A DNA stretch of 64,000 nt from NCBI RefSeq assembly GCF_009914755.1, contig NC_060925.1. One strand, 5' to 3'. This DNA comes from the human T2T-CHM13v2.0 reference genome, Homo sapiens. Shown here in pieces: positions 1 to 15,000 of the stretch. A program made the position numbers and the translations under genes. Position 1 is the first letter of the stretch. Every line of letters starts with the position of its first letter. Below the pieces are notes generated by a model, which ran no database searches, was not told the DNA's origin, and saw nothing but the letters and a program-made list of their open reading frames with translations.

Positions 1-3000
1 AGCCTGGATCAGCACCCACACTCCCAGGCGAGCATCTGACAGCCTGGAGCAGAACCCCACACCCCCAGGTGAGCATCCGACAGCCTGGAGCAGCACCCAC
101 ACGCCCAGGTGAGCATCTGACTGCCTGGAACAGCACCCACACTCCCAGACGAGCATAGGACAGCCTGGAGCATCACCCACATCGCCAGGCGTGCATCCGC
201 CAGCCTGGAACAGCACCCACACCCCCAGGTGAGCATCCGACAGCCTGGAGCAGGACCCACACCCCTAGGTGAACATCCGACATCGTGGAGCAGCACCCCA
301 CACCCACAGGTGAGCATCTGACAGCCTGTAACAGTACCCACACCCACAGGCGAGCATCTGAACCCACGGAGCAGCACCCACACCTTCCGGCGAGCATCCG
401 ACAGCCTGGAGCAGCACCCACACCCCCAGGTGCGCATCTGATGGTCTGGAGCAGCACCCACAACCACAGGTGAGCCTCTGACAGCCTGGAACAGCACCCT
501 GCACCCCCAGGAGAGCATCTGACAGCCTGGAACAGCGCGCACACCCCCAGGTGAGGATCTGACCGCCTGGAACAGCACCCACACCCCCAGGCGAGCATCT
601 GACAGCATGTAACAGCACCCATACCCCCAGGTGAGCATCTGACAGCCTGGAACAGCACCCTGCACCCCCAGGTGCGCACGTGACAGCGTGGAACAGCACT
701 CACACACCCAGGTGAGCATCTGACAGCCTGGAGCAGCACCCACATCCCCAGGTGAGCATCTGACAGCCTGGAACAGCACCCTGCACCCCCAGGTGAGCAT
801 CGGACACCCTGGAACAGGACACACACCCCCAGGCGAGCATCTGACACCCTGGAACAGCACACACACCCCCAGGCGAGCATCTGACAACCTGGAACAGCAC
901 CCATACGCCCAGATGAGCATCTGACAGCGTGGAACAGCACCCTGCACCCCCAGGAGAGCATCTGACAGCCTGGAACAGCACCCATAAGCCCAGATGAGCA
1001 TCTGACAGCCTGGAACAGCTCCCTGCACCCCCAGGTGCGCACATGACAGCCTGGAACAGCACCCACACACCCAGGCGAGCATCTGATGGCCTGGAAACGC
1101 ACCCACACACCCAGGTGAGCATCCGACATCCTGAAACAGCTCCCATACGCCCAGGTGAGCATCCCACATCCTGAAACAGCTCCCACACCCCCTGGTGAGC
1201 ATCCGACAGCCTGGAGCAGCACCCATACCCCCAGGTGAGCATCTGACCGCATGGAATGGCATCCTCACCTCCAGGTGAGCATCCGACAGCCTGTAGCAGC
1301 ACCCACACCCCCAGGTGAGCATCTGACAGCCTGGAACAGCAACCACACCCCCAGGCGAGCAGCTGACAGCCTGGAACATCACCCACACCCCCAGGTGAGC
1401 ATCTTATATCCTGGAACAGCACCCACACCCCCAGGTGAGCCTCTGACAGCCTGGAGCAGCACGCACACCCCCAGTTGAGCATCTGACAGCCTGGAACAGC
1501 ACCCACACCCCCAGGTGAACATCCGACAGCCTGGAGCAGAACCCACACCCCCAGGTGAGCATCTGACAGACTGGAACAGCACCCACACGCCCAGGTGAGC
1601 CTCTGACAGCCTAGAACAGCACCCACACCCCCAGGTGAACATCCGATAGCCTGGAGCAGAACCCACACCCCCAGGTGAGCATCTGACAGACTGGAACAGC
1701 ACCCACACGCCCAGCTGAGCCTCTGACAGCCTAGAACAGCACCCACACCCCCAGGCAGCATCTGACAGCCTGGAGCAGCACCCACACCCCAGGTGAGCAT
1801 CTGACAGCCTGGAAAAGCACCCTGCATCCCCAGGTGAGCATCCGACTGCCTGGAGCAGCACCCACACCCCGAGGCGAGCATCTGATAGCCTGGAACAGCA
1901 CCAAAACCCCCAGGTGAGCACCTGATGGTCTGGAGCATCACCCACAACCACAGGGGAGCATCGGAGAGTCTGTAGCAGCGCCCACACCCCCAGGCGAGCA
2001 TCTGAAATCCTGGAGTAGCACCCACAACCCCAGGTGAGCATCTGCAGCCTGGAGCAGCATCCTGCACCCCCAGGTGAGCATCTGACAGCCTGGAACAGCA
2101 CCCTGCACCCCCAGATGAGCATTTGACAGCCTGGAACAGCACCCACACCCCCAGGTGAGCATCCGATAGCCTGGAGCAGCACCCACACCCTCAGGTGAGC
2201 ATCTGACAGACTGGAACAGCAACCACACCCACAGGCGAGCATCTGACAGCCTGGAGCAACACTCACACCCCCAGGTGAGCATCTGACAGCCTGGAACAGC
2301 ACGCACAGCCCCAGGAGAGCATCCGGCAGCCTGGAGCAGAACCCACACCCACAGGTTAGCATCTGACAGCCTGGAACAGCAACCACACACCCAGGTGAGC
2401 ATCCAACAGGCGGGAATAGCACCCACACCCCCAGGTGAGCATTCGACAGCCTGGAAGAGCTCCCACAACCCCAGGTGAGCATCCGAGAGCCTGGAGCAGC
2501 ACCCACACCCCCAGTCGAGCAACTGACAGCCTGGAACAGCACCCACACCCCCAGGTGAGCATCTGATATCCTGGAACAGCACCCACACCCCCAGGTGAGC
2601 ATCTGACAGCCCAGAGCAGCACGCACACCCCCAGGTGAGCATCTGATAGCCTGGAACAGCACCCACACCCCTAGGTGAGAATCTGACAGCTTGGAGCAGA
2701 ACCCACACCCCCAGGCGAGCATCTGACAGCCTGGGTCAGCACCCACACTCCCAGGTGAGCATCTGATCGTCTGGAGCAGCACCCACACCCACAGGTGAGC
2801 ATCTGACAGCCTGGAACAGAACCCACTCCCCCAGGCGAGCGTTTGACAGACTGGAACAGCACCCTGCACCCCCAGGTGAGCATCTGACGGCCTGGAACAG
2901 CACCCACACCCCCAGGCGAGCATCTGACAGTCTGGAACAGCACCCACACCCCGAGGTGAGCATCCGACAGCCTGGAGCAGCACCCACACCCCCAGGTGAG

Positions 3001-6000
3001 CATCGGACAGCCTGGAGCAGCACCCACACCCCCAGGTGAGCATCTGACAGCCTGGAACAGCACCCTGCACCCCCAAGTGAGCATCTGACAACCTGGAACA
3101 GCACCCACATCCCCAGGCGAGCAACTGACAGCCTGCAACAGCACCCTGCATCCCCAGGTGAGCATCTGACGGCCTGGAACAGCACCCGCACCCCCAGGTG
3201 AGCATCCGACAGGTGGAGTAGGACCCACACCCCCAGGTGAGCATCTGATATCCTGGAACAGCACCCATACCCCCAGGTGAGCATCTGACAGCCTAGAGCA
3301 GCACGCACACCCCCAGTGAGCATCTGACAGCCTGGAACAGCACCCACACACCCAGGTGTGCATCCGACAGCCTGGAGCAGAACCCACACCCCCAGGTGAG
3401 CATCTGACAGCCTGGAACAGCACACACACTCCCAGGGGAGCATCTGACAGCATGTAACAGCACCCACACCCTGAGGTGTGCAACTGACAGCCTGGAACAG
3501 CAGCCTGCACCTCCAGGTACGCACGTGACAGCCTGGAATAGCACCCACACACCCAGGCGAACATCTGACGGCCTGGAACAGCACCCACACCCCCAGGTGA
3601 GCATCTGACGGCCTGGAACAGCACCGACACCCCCAGGTGAGAATCTGACATCGTGGAGCAGCACCCCACACCCACAGGTGAGCATCTGACAGCCTGAAGC
3701 AGCACCCACACCCCAGGTGAGCATCTGACAGCCTGGAAAAGCACCCTGCATCCCCAGGTGAGCATCCGACTGCCTGGAGCAGCACCCACACCCCCAGGCT
3801 TGCATCTGACAGCCTGAAACAGCACCAAAACCCCCAGGCGAGCATCTGATGGTCTGGAGCATCACTCACAACCACAGGGGAGCATCGGAGAGTCTGTAGC
3901 AGCGCCCACACCCCCAGGCGAGCATCTGACATCCTGGAGCAGCACCCACACCCCCAGGTGAGCATCTGCAGCCTGGAGCAGCATCCTGCACCCCCAGGTG
4001 AGCATCTGACAGCCTGGAACAGCACCCTGCAGCCCCAGGTGAGCATTTGACAGCCTGGAACAGCACCCACATCCCCAGGTGAGCATCCGATAGCCTGGAG
4101 CAGCACCCACACCCTCAGGTGAGCATCTGACAGACTGGAACAGCAACCACACCCACAGGCGAGCATCTGACAGCCTGGAGCAACACTCACACCCCCAGGT
4201 GAGCATCTGACAGCCTGGAACAGCACGCACAGCCCCAGGAGAGCATCCGACAGCCTGGAGCGGAACCCACGCCCACAGGCAAGCATATGACAGCCTGGGT
4301 CGGCACCCACACCCCCAAGTGAGCATCTGATGGTTTGCAGCAGCACCCACACCCACAGGTGAGCATCTGACAGCCTGGAACAGAATCCACACCCCCAGGT
4401 GAGCATCTGACAGACTGGAACACCACCCTGCACCCCCAGGTGAGCATCTGATGGCCTGGAACAGCACCCACACGCCCAGGTGAGCATCCGATAGCCTGGA
4501 ACAGCACCCACACCCCCAGGTGAGCATCCGACAGCCTGGAGCAGCACCCACACCCCAAGGTGAGCATCTGATATCCTGGATCAGCATCCACACCCCCAGG
4601 TGGGCATCTGACAGCCTGGAATAGCACCCACACCCCCAGGCGAGCATCGGACAGCATGTAACAGCACCCACACCCCCAGGTGAGCATCTGACAGTCTGGA
4701 ACAGCAGCCTGCACCCCCAGGTGCGCAAGTGACAGCCTGGAACAGCACCCACACCCCCAGGCGAGCATCTGACGGCCTGGAACAGCACCCACACCCCCAG
4801 GTGAGGATCTGACGGACTGGAACAGCACCCACACCCCCAGGAGAGCATCTGACATCGTGGAGCAGCACCCCACACCCACAGGTGGGCATCTGACAGCCTG
4901 GAGCAGCACCCACACCCCAGGTGAGCATCTGACAGCCTAGAACACCACCCTTCACCCCCAGGTGAGCATCCGACAGCCTGGAGCAGCACCCACACCACCA
5001 GGCGAGCATCTGACAGCCTGGAACGGCACCCACACCCCCAGGTGAGCATCTGATGGTCTGGAGCAGCACCCACAACCACAGGTGAGCATCCGACAGCCTG
5101 GAACAGCACCCACACACTCAGGCGAGCATCTGACATCCTTGAGCAGCACCCACACCCCCAGGTGAGCATCTGACAGCCTGGAGCAGCACGCTGCACCCCC
5201 AGGTGACGATCTGACAGCCTGGAACAGCACCCACACCCCCAGGTGAGCAGCTGATATCCTGGAACAGCACCCACACCCCCAGGTGAGCATCTGACAGGCT
5301 GGAGCAGCACGCACACCCCCAGTTGAGCATCTGACAGCCGGGAACAGCACCCACACCCCCAGGTGAACATCCGACAGCCTGGAGCAGAACCCACACCCCG
5401 AGGCGAGCATCTGACAGCCTGGGTCGGCACCCACACCTCCAGGTGAGCATCTGATGGTCTGGAGCAGTACCCACACCCACAGTTGAGCATCTGACAGCCT
5501 GGAGCAGCATCCTGCACCCCCAGGTGAGCATCTGACAGCCTGGAACAGCACCCTGCAGCCCCAGGTGAGCATTTGACAGCCTGGAACAGCACCCACATCC
5601 CCAGGTGAGCATCCGATAGCCTGGAGCAGCACCCACACCCTCAGGTGAGCATCTGACAGACTGGAACAGCAACCACACCCACAGGCGAGCATCTGACAGC
5701 CTGGAGCAACACTCACACCCCCAGGTGAGCATCTGACAGCCTGGAACAGCACGCACAGCCCCAGGAGAGCATCCGGCAGCCTGGAGCGGAACCCACGCCC
5801 ACAGGCAAGCATATGACAGCCTGGGTCGGCACCCACACCCCCAAGTGAGCATCTGATGGTTTGCAGCAGCACCCACACCCACAGGTGAGCATCTGACAGC
5901 CTGGAACAGAATCCACACCCCCAGGTGAGCATCTGACAGACTGGAACACCACCCTGCACCCCCAGGTGAGCATCTGACGGCCTGCAACAGCACCCACACA

Positions 6001-9000
6001 CCCAGGCGAGCATCTGATGGCCTGGAACGGCACCCACACCCCCAGGTGAGCATCCGACATCCTGAAACAGCTCCCACAACCCCAGGTGAGCATCCGATAG
6101 CCTGGAGCAACACCCATACCCCCAGGTGAGCATCTGACCGCATGGAATGGCATCCTCACCTCCAGGTGAGCATCCGACAGCCTGGAGCAGCACCCACACC
6201 CCCAGGTGAGCATCTGACAGCCTGGAACTGCAACCACACCCCCAGGCGAGCATCCGACAGCCTGGAACAGCACCAAAAACCCCAGGTGAGCATCTGACGG
6301 CCTGGAACAGCACCCACACCCCCAGGTGAGCATCTGACATCGTGCAGCAGCACCCCACACCCACAGGTGAGCATCTGACAGCCTGGAGCAGCACCCACAC
6401 CCCAGGTGAGCATCTGACAGCCTGGAACAGCACCCTGCACACCCAGGTGAGCATCCGACAGCCTGGAGCACCACCCACACCCCCAGACGAGCATCTGACA
6501 GCTTAGAACAGCACCCATACCCCCAGGCGAGCATCTGACAGCATGTAACAGCACCCACACCCACAGGTGAGCATCTGACAGCCTGGAACAGCAGCCTGCA
6601 CCGGCAGGTGTGCACGTGACAGCTTGGATCAGCACCCACACCCCCAGGCGAGCATCGGACGGCCTGGAACAGCACCCACAACCCCACGTGAGCATCTGAC
6701 TGCCTGGAACAGCACCCACACCCCCAGGTGAGCATCTGACATCGTGGAGCAGCACCTCACACCCACAGGTGAGCATCTGACAGCCTGGAGCAGCACCCAC
6801 ACCCCAGGTGAGCATCTGAGAGCCTGGAACAGCACCCTGCACCCCCAGGTGAGCATCCCACAGCCTGGAGCAGCACACACACCCACAAGCGAGCATCTGA
6901 CAGCCTGGAACGGCACCCACACCCCTAGGTGAGCATCTGATGTTCTGGAGCATCACCCACAACCACAGGTGAGCATCGGAGAGTCTGGAGCAGCGCCCAC
7001 ACTGCAGGGCGAGCATCTGACAGCCTGGAGCAGTGCCCACACCCCCAGGTGAGCATCTGACACCATGGAGCAGCACCCACAGACCAAGGTGAGCATCTGA
7101 CAACCTGGAGCAGCACCCACACTCCCAGGCGAGTATCTGTACGCACAGAGCAGCACCCACACCCCCAGGCGAGCATCCGACAGCCTGGAGCAGCACCCAC
7201 ACCCTCAGGTGAGCATCTGACAGCCTGGAGCAGAACCCACACCCCCAGGCGAGCATCTGACAGCCTGGGTCCGCACCCACACCCCCAGGTGCGCATCTGA
7301 TGGTCTGGAGCAGAACCCACACCCACAGGTGAGCATCTGACAGCCTGGAACAGAACCCACACCCCCAGGTGAGCATCTGACAGACTGGAACGGCACCCCC
7401 ATGCCCAGGTGAGCCTCTGACAGCCTGGAACAGCACCCTGCACCCCCAGGTGAGCATCTGACAGCCTGGAACAGCACGCACACCCCCAGGTGAGCATGTG
7501 ACAGCCGGGAACAGCACCCACACCCACAGGCGAGCATCTGACTGCATGTATCAGCACCCACACCCCCAGGTGAGCATCTGACAGCCTGGAACAGCACCCT
7601 GCACCCCCAAGTGAGCATCCGACAGCCTGGAGAAGCACCCACACCCCCGGCGAGCATCTGACAGCCTGGAACGGCACCCACACCCGCAGGTGAGCATCTG
7701 ATGGTCTGGAGCAGCACGCATAACCACATGTGAACATCGGAGAGTCTGGAGCAGCGCCCACACCCCCAGGCGAGCATCTGACAGCCTGGAGCAGTGCCCA
7801 CACCCCCAGGTGAGCATCTGACAGCATGGAGGAGCACCCACACCCCCAGGCGAGCATCTGAACGCACGGAGCAGCACCCACACCTCCAGGCGAGCATCCG
7901 ACAGCCTGGAGCAGCACCCACACCCCCAGGTGCGCATGTGATGGTCTGGAGCAGCACCCACACCCACAGGTGAGCATCTGACAGCCTGGAACAGAACCCA
8001 CACCCCCAGGTGAGCATCTGACAGACTGGAACAGCACCCACATGCCCAGCTGAGCCTGTGACAGCCTCGAACAGCACCCTGCACCCCCAGGGGAGCATCT
8101 GACAGCCTGGAACAGCACGCACACACCCAGGTGAGCATCTGACCGCCTGGAACAGCACACACACCCCCAGGCGAGCATCTGACAGCATGTAACAGCACCC
8201 ACACACCCAGGTGAGCATCTGACAGCCTGGAACAGCACCCTGCACCCCCAGGTGCGCACGTGACAGCCTGGAACAGCACACACACCCCCAGGCGAGCACC
8301 TGACAGCCTGGAACGGCACCCACACCCCCAGGTGAGCATGTGACGACAGCCTGGATCAGCACCCACACCCCCAGGCGAGCATCTGACAGCCTGGAGCAGC
8401 ACCCCACACCCCCAGGTGAGCATCGGACAGCCTGGAGCAGCACCCACACCCCCTGATGAGCATCTGACAGCCTGGAACAGCACCCACACTCCCAGACGAG
8501 CATCGGACAGCCTGGAGCAGCACCCACACTGCCAGACGAGCATCCGCCAGCCTGGAAAAGCACCCACACCCCCAGGTGAGCATTCGACAGCCTGGAGCAG
8601 CACCCACAACCCCAGGCGTGCATCCGACAGCCTGGAGCAGGACCCACACCCCCAGGTGAACATCCGACATCGTGGAGTAGCACCCCACACCCACAGGTGA
8701 GCATCTGACAGCCTGGAACAGTACCCACACACACAGGCGAGCATCTGAACGCACGGAGCAGCACCCACACCTCCCGGCGAGCATCCGACAGCCTGGAGCA
8801 GCACCCACACCCCCAGGTGCGCATCTGATGGTCTGGAGCAGCACCCACAACCACAGGTGAGCATCTGACATCGTGGAACAGCACCCCAAACCCACAGGTG
8901 AGCATCCGACAGCCTGGAGCAGCACCCCCACCCCCAGGCGAGCATCTGACAGCCTGGAACGGCACCCACACCCCCAGGTGAGCATCTGATGGTCTGGAGC

Positions 9001-12000
9001 AGCACCCACAACCACAGGTGAGCATCCGACAGCCTGGAACAGCACCCACACACTCAGGCGAGCATCTGACATCCTTGAGCAGCACCCACACCCCCAGGTG
9101 AGCATCTGACAGCATGGAGCAGCACGCTGCACCCCCAGGTGACGATCTGACAGCCTGGAACAGCACCCACACCCCCAGATGAGCAGCTGATATCCTGGAA
9201 CAGCACCCACACCCCCAGGTGAGCATCTGACAGGCTGGAGCAGCACGCACACCCCCAGTTGAGCATCTGACAGCCGGGAACAGCACCCACACCCCCAGGT
9301 GAACATCCGACAGCCTGGAGCAGAACCCACACCCTGAGGCGAGCATCTGACAGCCTGGGTCGGCACCCACACCTCCAGGTGAGCATCTGATGGTCTGGAG
9401 CATTACCCACACCCACAGTTGAGCATCTGACAGCCTGGAACAGAACCCACATCCCCAGGTGAGCATCTGACAGACTGGAACAGCACCCACACGCCCAGGT
9501 GAGCCTCTGACAGCCTGGAACAGCACGCGCACCCCCAGGTGAGCATCTGACAGCCTGGAACAGGACCCACAACCCCAGGCGAGCATCTGACTGCATGTAA
9601 CAGCACCCACACCCCCAGGTAAGCATCTGACAGCCTGGAACAGCACCCTGCACCCCCAGGTGCGCACGTGACAGCCTGGAACAGCACCCACACCCCCAGG
9701 CGAGCATCTGACGGCCTGGAAGGGCACCCACACCCCCAGGCGAGCATCGGACAGCCTGGAGCAGCACCCCACACCCCCAGGGGAGCATCCGACAGCCTGG
9801 AGCAGCACCCACACCCCCAGGGGAGCATGTGACAGCCTGGATCAGCACCCACACTCCCAGGCGAGCATCTGACAGCCTGGAGCAGAACCCCACACCCCCA
9901 GGTGAGCATCGGACAGCCTGGAGCAGCACCCACACGCCCAGGTGAGCATCTGACAGCCTGGAACAGCACCCACACCCCCAGGTGAGCATCCGACAGCCTG
10001 GAGCAGGACCCACACCCCTAGGTGAACATCCGACATTGTGGAGCAGCACCCCACACCCACAGGTGAGCATCTGACAGCCTGTAACAGTACCCACACCCAC
10101 AGGCGAGCACCTGAACCCACGGAGCAGCACCCACACCTTCCGGCGCGCATCCGACAGCCTGGAGCAGCACCCACACCCCCAGGTGCGCATCTGATGGTCT
10201 GGAGCAGCACCCACAACCACAGGTGAGCCTCTGACAGCCTGGAACAGCACCCTGCACCCCCAGGAGAGCATCTGACAGCCTGGAACAGCGGGCACACCCC
10301 CAGGTGAGGATCTGACCGCCTGGAACAGCACCCACATCCCCAGGCGAGCATCTGACAGCATGTAACAGCACCCATACCCCCAGGTGAGCATCTGACAGCC
10401 TGGAACAGCACCCTGCACCCCCAGGTGCGCACGTGACAGCGTGGAACAGCACCCACACACCCAGGTGAGCATCTGACAGCCTGGAGCAGCACCCACATCC
10501 CCAGGTGAGCATCTGACAGCCTGGAACAGCACCCTGCACCCCCAGGTGAGCATCGGACACCCTGGAACAGCACACACACCCCCAGGCGAGCATCTGACAC
10601 CCTGGAACTGCACACACACCCCCAGGCGAGCATCTGACAACCTGGAACAGCACCCATACGCCCAGATGAGCATCTGACAGCGTGGAACAGCACCCTGCAC
10701 CCCCAGGAGAGCATCTGACAGCCTGGAACAGCACCCATACGCCCAGATGAGCATCTGACAGCCTGGAACAGCTCCCTGCACCCTCAGGTGCGCACATGAC
10801 AGCCTGGAACAGCACCCACACACCCAGGCGAGCATCTGACGGCCTGGAAACGCACCCACAGACCGAGGTGAGCATCCGACATCCTGAAACAGCTCCCACA
10901 CCCCCAGGTGAGCATCCCACATCCTGAAACAGCTCCCACACCCCCTGGTGAGCATCCGACAGCTTGGAGCAGCACCCATACCCCCAGGTGAGCATCTGAC
11001 CGCATGGAATGGCATCCTCACCTCCAGGTGAGCATCGGAGAGTCTGGAGCAGCGCCCACACCCCCAGGCGAGCATCTGACAGCCTGGAGCAGTGCCCAGA
11101 GCCCCAGGTGAGCATCTGACAGCATGGTTCAGAACCCATAGCCCAAGGTGAGCATCTGACAACCTGGAGCAGCACCCATACCCCCAGGCGAGCATCTGAA
11201 CTCACGGAGCAGCACCCACACCCCAAGGCGAGCATCCGACAGCCTGGAACAGCAGCCACACCCCCAGGTGCGCATGTGATGGTCTGGAGCAGCACCCACA
11301 CCCACAGGTGAGCATCTGACAGCCTGGAACAGAAACCCCACCCTCAGGTGAGCATCTGACAGACTGGAACAGCACCCACATGCCCAGGTGAGCCTCTGAC
11401 AGCCTGGAACAGCACCCTGCACCCCCAGGTGAGCATCTGACAGCCTGGAACAGCACGCAAACCCCCAGGTGAGCATCTGACAGCTTGGAACAGCACCCCG
11501 CACCCCCAGGCGAGCATCTGACAGCATGTAACAGCACCCACACCCCCAGGTGAGCATCTGACAGCCTGGAACAGCAGCCTGCACCCCCAGGTGCGCATGT
11601 GATAGCCTGGAACAGCACCCACACCGCCAGGCGAGCATCTGACGGCCTGGAACAGCACCCACACCCCCAGGTGAGTATCTGACTGCCTGGAACAGCACCC
11701 ACACCCCAAGGTGAGCATCTGACATCGTGGAGCAGCACCCCACACCCACAGGTGAGCATCTGACAGCCTGGAGCAGCACCCACACCCCAGGTGAGGATCT
11801 GACAGCCTGGAACAGCACCCTGCACACCCAGGTGAGCATCCGACAGCCTGGAGCAGCACCCACACCTCCAGGTGAGCATTTGACCTCCCAGAGCAGCACC
11901 CATACCCCCAGGCGAGCATCTGAACTCATGGAGCAGCACCCACACCCCCAGGCGAGCATCTGACCCAACGGAGCAGAACCCAGAACCCCAGGCGAGCATC

Positions 12001-15000
12001 TGACAGCCTGGAACAGCACCCACAACCACAGGTGAGCATCTGAAAGCCCGCAGCATCACCCGCACGCACAGATGAGAATCTGACAGCCCGGAGCAGCACC
12101 CACACCCCCAGGGGAGCATCTGACCGCATGGAGCAGCACCCACACCCCCAGGGGAGCATCTGACATCCTGGAGCAACACTGACAACCCCAGGTGAGCATC
12201 TGAGAGGCTGGAACAGCACCCACACCCCCAGGTGAGAATCTGACAGCCTGGAAGAGCACCCCACATCCCCGGGTGAGCATCCGATAGCCTGGAGCAGCAC
12301 CCACACCCTCAGGTGAGCATCTGACAGCCTGGAACAGCAACCACACCACCATGCGAGCATCTGACAGCCTGGAGCAGCACCCACACCCCCAGGTGAGCAT
12401 CTGACAGCCTGGAACAGAACCCACACCTCCAGGTGAGCATCTGACAGCCTGGAGCAGCACCCACACCCCCAGGTGAGCATCTGACAGCCTGGAACAGAAC
12501 CCACACCTCCAGGTGAGCATCTGACAGACTGGAACAGCACCCACACCCCTAGGAGAGCATCCGGCAGCCTGGAGCGGAACCCACACCCACAGGCGAGCAT
12601 CTGACAGCCTCGGTCGGCACCCACAAACCCAGGTGAGCATCTGATGCTTTGGAGCAGCACCCACACCTTCAGGTGAGCATCTGACAGCCTGGAACAGAAC
12701 CCACACCGCCAGGGGAGTATCTGACAGACTGGAACAGCACCCTGCTTCCCCAGGTGAGCATCTGACGGCCTGGAACAGCACCCACACGCCCAGGTGAGCA
12801 TCTGACAGCCTGGAACAGCACCCACACCCCCAGGTGAGAATCCGACAGCCTGGAGCAGCACCCACAACCCCAGGCGAGCATCCGACAGCCTGGAGCAGCA
12901 CCCACACCCCCAGGTGAGCATCTGACAGCCTGGAACAGCAAACTGCACACCCAGGTGAGCATGCGACAGCCTGGAGCAGCACCCACACCTGCAGGCGAGC
13001 ATCTGACAACCTGGAGCAGCACCCACACCCCCATGTGAGCATCTGATGGTCTGGAGCAGCACCCAAAACCACAGGTGAGCATCGGAGAGTCTGGAACAGA
13101 ACCCACACCCCCAGGTGAGCATCTGACAGACTGGAACAGCACCCACATGCCCAGGTGAGACCCTGACAGCCTGGAACAGCACCCTGCACCCCCAGGTGCG
13201 CACGTGACAGCCTGGAACAGCACCGACACCCCCACGTGAGCATCTGACGGCCTGGAACAGCACCCACATCCCCAGGTGAGCATTGGACAGCCTGGAGCAG
13301 CACCCACATTCCCAGGCAAGCATCTGAACGCAAATAGCAGCACCCACACCCCCAGGCGAGCATCCGACAGCCTGGAGCAGCACCCACACCCCCAGGTGTG
13401 CATGTGATGGTCTGGAGCAGCCCCCACACCCAGAGGTGAGCATCCGACAGCCTGGAGCAGCAACCTGCACACCCAGGTGAGCATCTGACAGTCTGGAACA
13501 CCACGCACAACCCCAGGTGAGCATCTGACAGACTGGAACAGCTCCCACACCCCCAGGCGAGCATCTGACAGCATGTATCAGCACCCACACCCCCAGGTGA
13601 GCATCTGACAGCCTGGAACAGCACCCACACCCCCAGGTGAACATCCGACAGCCTGGAGCAGAACCCACACCCCCAGGCGAGCATCTGACAGCCTGGGTCG
13701 GCACCCACAACCCCAGGCGAGCATCTGACGGCCTGGAACAGCACACACACCGCCAGGTGAGCATTGGACACCCTGGAGCAGCACCCACATCCCCAGGCGA
13801 GCATCCGACAGCCTGGAGCAGCACCCACACCCTCAGGTGAGCATCTGACAGCCTGGAGCAGCAGGCACACCCCCAGTGAGCATCTGACAGCCTGGAACAG
13901 CACCCACACACCCAGGTGAGCATCCGACAGCGTGGAGCAGAACAAACACCCCCAGGCGAGCATCTGACAGCCTGGGTCGGCACCCACACCCCCAGGTGCG
14001 CATCTGATGGTCTGGAGCAGCACCCACACCCACAGGTGGGCATCTGACAGCCTGGAAAAGAGCCCAGACCCCCAGGTGAGCATCTGACAGACTGGAACTG
14101 CACCCCCATGCCCAGGTGAGCCTCTGACAGCCTTGAACAGCACCCTGCACCCCGAGGTGAGCATCTGACAGCCTGGAACAGCACGCACACCCCCAGGTGC
14201 GCACGTGACAGCCTGTAACAGCACCCACACACCCAGGCGAGTATCTGACGGCCTGGAACAGCACCCACACCCCCAGTTGAGCATTGGACAGCCTGGATCA
14301 GCACCCACATCCCCAAGCGAGCATCCGACAGCCTGGGGCAGCACCCACACCCCCAGGTGAGCATCTGACATCGTGGAGCAGCACCCCACACCCACAGGTG
14401 AGCATCTGACAGCCTGGAGCAGCACCCACACCCCCAGGTGAGCATCTGACAGCCTGGAACAGCACCCTGCACCCCCAAGTGAGCATCCGACAGCCTGGAG
14501 CAGCACCCACACCCCCAGGTGAGCATCTGATGGTCTGGAGCAGCACGCATAACCACAGGTGAACATCGGAGAGTCTGGAGCAGCGCCCACACCCCCAGGC
14601 GAGCATCTGACAGCCTGGAGCAGTGCCCACACACCCAGGTGAGTATCTGACAGCGTGGAGCAGCACCCAAACCCCCAGGCGAGCATCTGAACGCACGGAG
14701 CAGCACCCACACCTTCAGGCGAGCATCGGACAGCCTGGAGCAGCACCCACACCCCCAGGTGCGCATGTGATGGTCTGGAGCAGCACCCACACCGACAGGT
14801 GAGCATCTGACAGCCTGGAACAGAACCCACACCCCCAGGTGAGCATCTGACAGACTGGAACAGCTCCCACATGCCCAGCTGAGCCTCTGACAGCCTGGAA
14901 CAGCACCCTGTACCCCCAGGGGAGCATCTGACACCCTGGAGCAGCACGCACATCCCCAGGCGAGCATCCGACAGCCTGGAGCAGCACCCACACCCTCAGG